Shown here one piece after another: positions 56,104-64,000 of a stretch of 64,000 nucleotides of DNA; the stretch's first letter is position 1; each line of letters starts with the position of its first letter. This DNA comes from Bigelowiella natans CCMP2755 (Eukaryota; Protista; Cercozoa), in NCBI GenBank assembly GCA_000320545.1, contig ADNK01001817.1, positions 1-64,000 on the forward strand. Direction: 5' to 3'. Position numbers and translations under genes: made by a program. The notes beneath the pieces are model-generated. The model ran no database searches and was not told the DNA's origin. It was given only the letters and a program-made list of their open reading frames with translations.

Positions 56104-59100
56104 GTGCTGCGCAAGTGCCCGTTTTCTAAAGAAAAGATTGCGAAAGTACGCCCAGATCTGGAGGCCGGGAGTCCCGGAAATCATGGCGAGGAGAAAGTTT
56201 CGATCGCAGGCTGTGAAAATAACGAACCAGAGCATGAGCCCGTGATCAAGCTTGACAACGTGAAATTCAATGGGTACACGGTCGACACGCTGAAGTGGTC
56301 ACGTCAGCTCGAAGATGATTTAAAGAAATTGGAGGGACTGGGTGGCACTAAAACTGTGGCGAAGCAGTTGCAAACTGATCTGCGAAAAGGCCTTACCGAG
56401 ATATCGGCGACGGACACAAAACGTCTCGATGTGTTCGGAACCAATGTGTACGAGAAGCCACCCTTGCGTCATTTCTGCTCGCACTGCGCCGAGCAACTTG
56501 AGGACCCAATGTTGATCGTTCTAATCGTTGCGGGCGTGATCGCCATTATTGTTGGGTCCATCCATCACCCTGCCGATGGTTGGATTGAAGGACTCGCGAT
56601 TCAACTCGCCGTAGTCATCGTCGTCCTCGTTGGAGCCTTCAATAACTGGTCGCAAGAGCGAACTTTCAGAGCGCAGGAGGATAAGAAAGAAGAGCCTAAG
56701 ATCACGGTGTTCCGAGATGGCGATCTTAAAGTCATCTATCACCACCAAGTTGTGGTTGGCGATCTCGTCAATTTAAAATCAGGTGACACAATACCTGCTG
56801 ATGGACTGATCTGGGAATCGGACGACATTGAGATTAACGAGGCGACGATGACGGGTGAGTCCATCTACATCAAGAAGCATCGTATGCGAGATCCCTTTCT
56901 TCGGGCAGCTACTGAGGTCAAAAAGGGAACGGGAGTAATGATAGTTACTGCCACAGGCTCGCACTCTTCCTACGGGGAAATCATGAAAATGCTTGCGGTG
57001 GAGGTGGAAGAAACGGCTTTGCAGCTCAAACTCGAACATCTCGCGAGCCTTATCGGATATGTGGGTACTGGTGTAGCGGTGGTACTGTTCATTGCGTTGT
57101 TTATCTTCTGGATCGTAGACTGCGAAAAAGGGAAAAAAGATTATAATGGAGACAGCACCGACATTCTGGAGTATTTCATCGTCGCGATAACCATCATCGT
57201 CGTTGCGGTGCCTGAAGGTCTTCCACTTGCCGTAACGGTCGCGCTAGCGTACTCCATGGACGCGATGCAAGAGGATAACAACCTAGTGAAGGCTCTTTCG
57301 GCATGTGAAACCATGGGAAACGTAACGACAATCTGCTCAGACAAGACAGGGACACTCACAACTGGAAAGATGACAGTCGTGAAACTATATATCAATGGAA
57401 AGCCGCACGATGGAAACAAGCCACCCGCCACAGAACAGTGGAAAAGAATGCTGACTGAGGCTATTATCCTCGGCTCTACCGTTGTGTATGAGAAGGATAA
57501 ACATGATCCAAACGAGCCGCCGGAGAACTGGTCCTGGGTCAATGGGAACCAGACTGAAGCCTGCATGCTTGCCTTCATCGTCCGGTGCTATGGTGTGGAC
57601 ATCGAAAGAGCTCGTGAAGCTCGCAAGACAGAGATAGTAAAACTGTATCCCTTTGACTCTCAAGTCAAACGCTCTGGCATGCTAATGAAACTCCCTTCCG
57701 GGAAATACCGGTTGTATACACGTGGTGCTGCAGAGCGTATATTGGCAGAGTGCAAAACACAGTTCAATGAGGGTAAGGAATCGCCGCTGGACAAGACCAA
57801 GGTGGAAGAGCAGATGAATGCGATGTCCAATACTGGGTTACGTACAATCGGAGTGTCCTACCGCGACTTTGACGATGTTAAAACTGACGAAGAGGGCAAG
57901 ATCGTTGATCCTCCGAACGTGCAGGATCGTGTGCTTCTTACGATATTGGGGATGAAAGACCCTTTGCGTGAAGACTCTGCAGAGAGCGTCCGATTATGCA
58001 AGGGGGCTGGGATCATAGTCAGAATGGTCACGGGAGACCACTTGAACACTGCAAAGTATATTGCGCGTGACTGCGGGATTCTCACAAACGACGATCAAAT
58101 CGCGATGGAAGGCATAAAGTTTCGCACAATGCTGGAGAAGGACAAGGAGGCCCTAGTAAAGATGCTGCCAATGCTTCGCGTGCTGGCGCGATCGCAGCCT
58201 GAAGACAAACAGAAACTAATTCGGCTGTTGCAAGAACTAGGACAGATTGTTGGTGCGACCGGCGATGGGACAAACGATGCCGCGGCGCTAAAGGCTGCTA
58301 ATGTGGGTCTTGCAATGAACAAGGCCGGAACAGAGATGGCCAAGCGAGCCGCTGACATCGTCATTCTAGACGACTCTTTTAGCTCCATCGTGATGAGTGT
58401 CAAATGGGGTCGTGCGATTTACGACAACATTTCTAAGTTCGTTCAGTTCCAGGTGACAGTAAATGTGGTGGCATTAGTTCTGTCGCTGGTAGGAGCGCTG
58501 GCAGGGTATGAGGTCCCTCTCACAGCTGTACAGCTTCTATGGGTTAACATGATCATGGACACGTTTGCTGCACTGGCACTAGCCACTGAGCGTCCCACCG
58601 ACGTATTGCTCCAAAGGCGCCCTTTCGGCAAAGACGCTTTTTTGATCCGTCCTGTTATGTGGCGTTTCATAATTGGACAAAGCATCTTCCAGCTTATCAT
58701 ACTCTTTTGTTTACTCTTCGCTGGCGAGTACATGTTTGCAGTGAAGCCTCAGAGTACGGAGCATTACACCATCATCTTCAACACTTTCGTGTTCATGCAA
58801 CTCTTTAATGAGATTAATGCGCGTAAGGTGTGCGGAGAACGGAACGTATTTGATGGATTTTTCACGAACAAGCTTTTCTTAAGTATTGTCGCGGGGACTG
58901 CGGGTTCACAGGTCCTCATCGTGATGTTCTTCGGTGCTTTCGCATCTACGACACCAATTGGCTATGTTGCATGGCTCGCAAGCATCGGATTTGGCGCCGC
59001 TAGCCTTCCTTGGGCGTTCATGATCAGTTTTTATCCTGTAGATCTAGAGCATGGGCAGATTCCTTTGAACGAAGACCTGCAGCGAGACAACAGCGGTGCT

Positions 59101-59175
59101 TCAGGTTCCCCTGCTCAAGCTATAAGCACCGCATGGGGAGAGAAGAAGGTCAACGAAAATCTTAGCTCAACATGA
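56104..59175 (+). CDS. P-type IIB (PMCA-like) Ca2+-ATPase; one 3-kb exon, true start probably in an unresolved upstream exon
   Basis: TGES, VVAVPEGLPLAVT, CSDKTGTLT, MVTGD, TGDGTND, VQLLWVNMIMDTFAALALATE and FNTFVFMQLFNEINARK. Confidence 0.96.
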   Translation: MLRKCPFSKEKIAKVRPDLEAGSPGNHGEEKVSIAGCENNEPEHEPVIKLDNVKFNGYTVDTLKWSRQLEDDLKKLEGLGGTKTVAKQLQTDLRKGLTEISATDTKRLDVFGTNVYEKPPLRHFCSHCAEQLEDPMLIVLIVAGVIAIIVGSIHHPADGWIEGLAIQLAVVIVVLVGAFNNWSQERTFRAQEDKKEEPKITVFRDGDLKVIYHHQVVVGDLVNLKSGDTIPADGLIWESDDIEINEATMTGESIYIKKHRMRDPFLRAATEVKKGTGVMIVTATGSHSSYGEIMKMLAVEVEETALQLKLEHLASLIGYVGTGVAVVLFIALFIFWIVDCEKGKKDYNGDSTDILEYFIVAITIIVVAVPEGLPLAVTVALAYSMDAMQEDNNLVKALSACETMGNVTTICSDKTGTLTTGKMTVVKLYINGKPHDGNKPPATEQWKRMLTEAIILGSTVVYEKDKHDPNEPPENWSWVNGNQTEACMLAFIVRCYGVDIERAREARKTEIVKLYPFDSQVKRSGMLMKLPSGKYRLYTRGAAERILAECKTQFNEGKESPLDKTKVEEQMNAMSNTGLRTIGVSYRDFDDVKTDEEGKIVDPPNVQDRVLLTILGMKDPLREDSAESVRLCKGAGIIVRMVTGDHLNTAKYIARDCGILTNDDQIAMEGIKFRTMLEKDKEALVKMLPMLRVLARSQPEDKQKLIRLLQELGQIVGATGDGTNDAAALKAANVGLAMNKAGTEMAKRAADIVILDDSFSSIVMSVKWGRAIYDNISKFVQFQVTVNVVALVLSLVGALAGYEVPLTAVQLLWVNMIMDTFAALALATERPTDVLLQRRPFGKDAFLIRPVMWRFIIGQSIFQLIILFCLLFAGEYMFAVKPQSTEHYTIIFNTFVFMQLFNEINARKVCGERNVFDGFFTNKLFLSIVAGTAGSQVLIVMFFGAFASTTPIGYVAWLASIGFGAASLPWAFMISFYPVDLEHGQIPLNEDLQRDNSGASGSPAQAISTAWGEKKVNENLSST

Positions 59176-59446
59176 TTACTCCGGCGCCTGGCAATGTCGA
59201 TGGTGAACAAGCTTAGTTAGCATCGTTTTGTAAGCCGCGTTGTACGTGCTTACGTTGCGATGTGTCTGTATATGTGCCGTTCGATGGCGTGCATATGCGT
59301 ACATATAGATAGGTGATCAAATCTCGATCGTCTCTGTGTCGGCTAGTCGGGCCGATGCGTTTGATGACACACGACTGGCATGCAACAGGCATTGCTAAAC
59401 TTCATCATAACATCACATGCATGTCTGCAGGAGGCACACTACCTAG

Positions 59447-59448
<2 letters not shown>

Positions 59449-59515
<67 letters not shown>
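59449..59515. repeat. (CA)n(TA)n compound microsatellite abutting the LINE 3' terminus
   Basis: Seen directly; the LINE end TGAGACGGATG starts at 59516. Confidence 0.95.
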
Positions 59516-59520
<5 letters not shown>

Positions 59521-59995
59521 CGGATGTAATGAAATGTTTAAATTGTTTCAATGGTCATCCTAATGTAGCTATGCAATGCAGCGGCTACAGCGCTTAAATT
59601 GTGTCTGTTTGTTTCCTTGGTCACATGGCGCATGCATGAAAATGCATCCTGTTTTGGTCTAGCATGGCGCGCTTTGCGCGCAGCTTCTCGACTTGTTTGC
59701 TCTGCGGTTGTGAGACGCGTGGTCTCATCATTGCGATCCATGATCGCTGTCAGTTGTTTGTTGATTCTGAGTCTCTGTGGTCCGCATTTCCTGCATTGCA
59801 GAATGTGGTCCATGTCTTGCAATGAGTTGCACACATCGCACGTTGCTTCCAGTTTTGTGCGTTGTCCTCTGGACAGCAGAAATGCTCCAAGATTGCCAAC
59901 ACCACAAATGGCGCGCATCCATGATGTGGCAATGCTTGGCAGCTTCAATGTGATTCCTGTAGTCCGAGAGCCAGCTAGCCAGGCACAAAGTCAAG
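59516..59995 (-). mobile_element. 5'-truncated LINE 3' fragment (copy C, diverged subfamily)
   Basis: Encodes KLPSIATSWMRAICGVGNLG...CDVCNSLQDMDHILQC (CCHC zinc knuckle)...YIRMTIETI-TAA, then the terminus TTCATTACATCCGTCTCA and (TA)n. Confidence 0.92.
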
Positions 59996-60021
59996 TTTTT
60001 TCAAGCGCACATGTGCACATG

Positions 60022-61890
60022 TGAGACGGATGTGATGAAGAATTGAATTTTTTCAATGGTAATCCTGATGTAGCTGTGCAATGCAGCGGCTACAGCGCTA
60101 ATGTTGCATCTGTTGGTTTCTGCTACGATGTGTTTCATGCATTTGAAAGCGTCCTCATGCGACCGATGTTGCCGCGCACTGCGCGCAGCAGTTCTGGAGT
60201 CCTTTTCAGCCTTTGTCAACCGGTTCGTATCGTCGTTGCGATTCATGATCGCGCGCATTTGATTGCGCAATCTGATTTGTTCTCGACCATGTGTTGGACA
60301 TTGCAGGAGATGATCCATGTCCTTTGGGATGCCACATGCATCGCACGTGGCATCTTCCTCTGTGCATTGTCCACGTGAGAACATGAATTTTCCAAGATTG
60401 CCGACACCACAGATGGCGCGCATCCATGATGTAGCAACACTTGGAAGTTTCGGTTTGATGCCGGTGATCGAAGATGACGGGAGGAATCCAAGATTCTTGA
60501 GATGCACAGCGCGCAATGAATCATTGGACCATTCCTCTTCGAATTCGTTGAAAGCACAGGATTTCATCACCTTGTGATGTTTTTTCAGTTCTTTTTTTAG
60601 CGCCTCTGTTGTCGCCAAAACGGTGGGCAATTCGTCATCTGACAAGTCGTCAGTGATCGATTTGAGCCGACGAAACAAGGATGCTTTGTTCCACGTGTGT
60701 GTGGGCACATCAATCCACGATGTGCCATCTGGCATTTTTCGATTTTCAATGATGAAGCCACAACTGCTCCAATCATTCATTCCCTCATGGATTTGAGGAC
60801 CGCTGCCTGTGTCGATCCATGCATCAGTGCGCAACCATGATTTAGCACACTGCACTTCAGTTTGACATCGGGGTGGCAACGTGCCAGTGAGGACGTGGGG
60901 GACGTCGTTGGAGATGGATCCAGGCAATCCCAATGCACGTTTCAGGGTTTGGGATTCCATGGAATCCATCTGTTTTGTTCGTGTGTTTCTTCGTGATCTC
61001 CATGTTGGAGCTGCGCATCTGCTGGATGCAAGGAACCATGATTTGCAAAATTTCAGTCTGACATTTAGCGGTGCAAGGTGTCTGGAACAACACAACCTTG
61101 ACAAAAACCTTCGCTTCTTTTGCAATCTCAGGTGAGAAGCAAGAGCATGTTTTTCAAAGGTCAATTTGTTGTCGAAGATCAGTCCGAGACATCTGCCGCT
61201 GTCGACTCTTTTTGTTTTTCCTTGGAGATTGAGAGAGATGTTCCAGGAGGTTTGGTGTCGGTGGGCTTCATTTCTTTTGTCAATCATGAGGTACCCGCTC
61301 TTGTCCCCATTGAATCGCATCCGCCATTTCATGCACCAGTCCGTCATTTGGTTCAGGTCGGCCTGGACATCATCTTGCATTTTCCCCCATCGGTTTGGCG
61401 AAAACAATTTGTGGGGGGCAACGTCGTCACAGCATGTTTGGAAATCTGTGTTGGTGACACGTTCGCAAATGTCGCAACAGGTTGCAAAAAGGAAACAGCT
61501 GAGAGATGATCCTTCGGGGACGCCGCTCCCAAGGTTCATGTGCTCAGAGAGAGTGTTGCCAAATCTGAATCTGGCGGTGCGATCTCTGAGCCAGTCGTCG
61601 ATCCATGGCAACAGCGAGCCTCGCAGCCCGTGTTTGTCATGCAACTTGCGCATCATGCCGGAATGCCAGGCTTTTGGATGAGCTTTGGAGGCATCTGCAA
61701 ACAACAGGATGGCTGCAAGCTTTTTGTCATGTGCTCCATCCTCGATTGACTGCGTCATCTTTGTGAGTGCAGTTTCGCAGGATCGATTTTTCATGAATGC
61801 ACACTGATGTGTGCCAATGTTTTGGGGGGGCATGGCTTCGCGGAGCCGTTGTTCCATCAGTTTGTCTTCTGTGAACCAACAGAACAACGG
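60022..61890 (-). mobile_element. 5'-truncated non-LTR retrotransposon (copy D): RT domain plus C-terminal CCHC knuckle, TpA-hypermutated and probably non-functional
   Basis: RT motifs QCAFMKNRS, FADASKAHPKAWH, GVPEGSSLS, TCCDD (YxDD position), WRMRFNGDKS and RCLGLIFDNKLTFEKH; knuckle CDACGIPKDMDHLLQCP. Confidence 0.95.
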
Positions 61891-61921
61891 CATGCACGTG
61901 CATGCACATGCACACATGTGT

Positions 61922-62324
61922 GATGCGCGCCATCTGTGGTGTCGGCAATCTTGGAAAATTCATGTTCTCACGTGGACAATGCACAGAGAAAGATGCCACG
62001 CGCGATGCATGTGGCATCCCAAAGGACATGGATCATCTCCTGCAATGTCCAACACACAGTCGAGAACAAATCAGATTGCGCAATCAAATGCGCGCGATCA
62101 TGAATCGCAACGACGACACGAACCGGCTGACAAAGGCTGAAAAGGACTCCAGAACTGCTGCGCGCAGTGCGCGGCAACATCGGTCGCATGAGGACGCTTT
62201 CAAATGCATGAAGCACGTGGTGGCAGAAACCAACAGATGCAACATTGGCGCTGCAGCCGCTGCATTGCACAGCTACATCAGGATGACCATTGAAAAAATT
62301 CAATTCTTCATTGCATCCGTCTCA
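61922..62324 (+). mobile_element. LINE 3' fragment (copy E), an inverted near-identical repeat of 60022-60424
   Basis: The reverse complement of 60022-60424 aligns with ~15 substitutions by manual count. It ends in CATCCGTCTCA followed by a TG/CA mosaic. Confidence 0.95.
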
Positions 62325-62718
62325 TGTGTGTGTGCATGTGTGCTAGCATGCGTGCGTGAGCGCACATAGCTAGCTGTAGCTAGCTAGCTAGCATTGCGTG
62401 GGTGATGCAGCAAGTTCTTGTTGAGCGCACTGTTTCATGGCATTTGCTCCAGTTAATTAGTGGCAGACACGCACGTGAACAAGATGCGCAGTGCAAGTAA
62501 GCAGCGAAAATACGAAAGATCTCTGCTATGGGCGGCAAATATGTGGATTTATGCCAATAGCGCCAAAGTGTTGTGCTCGCTGATAAATAACTGTTTGACT
62601 CGCATTACGTCCTTCGCAGCAGCGTCAATGAAAATTGTTTCTATCAAATTAAAATGATAGTCAACGTCGCATGTACCCACGCATGACATCAGTCCATTCA
62701 GTAAACAAATTTGCTTCA

Positions 62719-64000
62719 TTAAATACGTTTATTTCTCTCTATGATGGCCACGTATGCCTCTTGGAAGAAATCGCCCGATTCCCCAAGTGAGCGGGAGGCA
62801 ATGTTCCATAGACTCGGTACCAGACGACTCTTCGACTTATTCTTTCTCTGTTCGATAATGAAGTCCCCAACCTCAAGAATGTACCGTCGAGCCTAGGTTC
62901 CCACAAGAAGTTAGATACATAATTCAAGTTCAAAGATGCAAAATGGACGTATGTAACTCATGGGAACAAAATTTCTCACCATCATCATAATCAATATCAT
63001 TAAAATCATCCTGTCCTCATTACGCGTCACTTCATTTTTCACTACCTTTTTCCCCTTGTCGTCATCCTCGGACAGATAACACTTACCACCGTATTTTTTT
63101 TTCAGCTTGCTGAGTAAAAATAAGATCCGCTCATTTTCATCCTTTTTGAGCATTTTAATCGCTTTTTTCTGCAGGTCGCCACCAACCACAACTCCTCTAC
63201 CGCCTCCTCCAGATGTATCACGGGTCTTCTTCTTCTTTTCGCCCTCTCTCCTGTCAGCCTTCTTATCTTTAACTCCGCCTGCCCCTCCTCCTTTTCTCTT
63301 TTTTGAGGCACTAGATTGCTTTTTCATTCTCTTCGAAGAGGTGGAAGAAGACGATGCCTGTTGGTGACCATTGTTGCTTTGGTCGTGGTCCTTCTTTCGT
63401 TTCTTGACTGTAGCACTGCTTGAACGTCGTTTTCTATCGATGGTCTTGGTGCCTGGCCGAACCTTTTTTTTTATCGTTTTTTTTCCGTTGCTGCGGTCGA
63501 GGTGCTCTAAGAGCCGCAGCACGCGATTCTTAAGCTGCGAGTTCTTGACAATTCGGACGTACTTCTTCTCCTTCTGCTGCTGTTGTTGTCCCTTGGTGAT
63601 AGTTGATTTATTCGCCTCTATCGCGGAGGAAGAGGAGGAGGTTGATTTGTGACCTAACGACGGTGGATTGCTAGACGCTGACTTGGGCGACGACGCCGAT
63701 GGCGTTCTACTCATATTATTTTTGCTACTATTACTGCTACTTTTACTACCACTATTAGTGTTGTTATTCTTATCACCAGTGGAACTACTATCATTGGCCA
63801 CTGCTGCTGCTGCTGTTTCTTTTTTTACCGACTGCTGTTGTTGCTTTAGCTGCTGCTGTTTTACGAGTTTATACAGGTGTTTCTTGAGTCCAAGACGACT
63901 GTCCTCAATAATATCGTCCCATGCATTCATTCCATGCACATAAACGCCGAGTAACAGCATAGAATCCTGGAGAGTACCCCAGGGCGGCCTGCACGGCCAG
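62719..64000 (-). CDS. 3' part of a CHD1-like chromatin remodeller (SLIDE-like domain and CHCT/DUF4208-like tail); gene continues beyond the window
   Basis: WGTLQDSMLLLGVYVHGMNAWDDIIEDSRLGL and QLKNRVLRLLEHL resemble the CHD1 SLIDE region. The last exon ARRYILEVGDFI...SLWNIASRSLGESGDFFQEAY resembles CHCT. The stop is at 62719. Confidence 0.7.

Noticed and set aside
2068-59175. Possible calcium-signalling gene cluster (EF-hand protein, EGF_CA receptor, PMCA, myosin)
   Set aside because: The genes are interspersed with unrelated housekeeping genes and there is no evidence of functional clustering.
60001-61917. Alternative genetic code or Cys/His-rich metalloprotein as the explanation for the missing Tyr
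   Set aside because: Neighbouring genes use Tyr normally, and the TpA loss is frame-independent and also affects non-coding tracts.
60022-62324. DNA transposon with 400-bp terminal inverted repeats
   Set aside because: The arms are the coding 3' end of the LINE, which also occurs alone in copies A-C; no transposase is present.
59600-62340. CpG-methylation decay or classical RIP as the cause of the TG/CA excess
   Set aside because: CpG remains abundant (gcgcgc, tcga, acgt) while TpA is what is missing. Less-mutated copies show TA, not CG, at the discordant terminal site.
59538-62369. Many overlapping ORFs in several frames over the LINE cluster, and an apparently intact 638-aa RT ORF
   Set aside because: Loss of TpA removes TAA/TAG stops in all frames. 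The RT is 5'-truncated with CCDD at the catalytic motif, so it is not evidence of an active or domesticated gene.

Overview
Eukaryotic nuclear DNA from an intron- and microsatellite-rich protist. A SAR lineage, possibly chlorarachniophyte-like, is my impression from the 18S and myosin architecture and is not verified. The window begins with the 5' part of an 18S rRNA gene (minus strand). Ten protein-coding genes follow in strictly alternating orientation: EF-hand/RDD membrane protein (+), ceramidase-like (-), HD hydrolase (+), GYF-WW-myosin-MyTH4-WW (-), REEP/HVA22 (+), RPAP1 (-), REJ-GPS-7TM-WW receptor (+), ABCD transporter (-), PMCA-type Ca2+-ATPase (+) and the 3' part of a CHD1-like remodeller (-). 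Five 5'-truncated copies of one LINE family lie only in tail-to-tail (convergent) intergenic spacers and are associated with (TA)n. The main finding is a localized 'inverse RIP' signature. Across ~59.6-62.3 kb almost every TpA has been converted to TpG or CpA: Tyr becomes Cys/His at RT motifs, the TAA stop becomes CAA, sister copies show reciprocal TG vs CA at the same ancestral TA, and (TA)n tracts become CA/TG mosaics. Surviving TpA is mostly in TAGC/GCTA context. A weaker version of the signature appears in every convergent spacer, whereas (TA)n in introns stays intact. All exon models and counts are manual.
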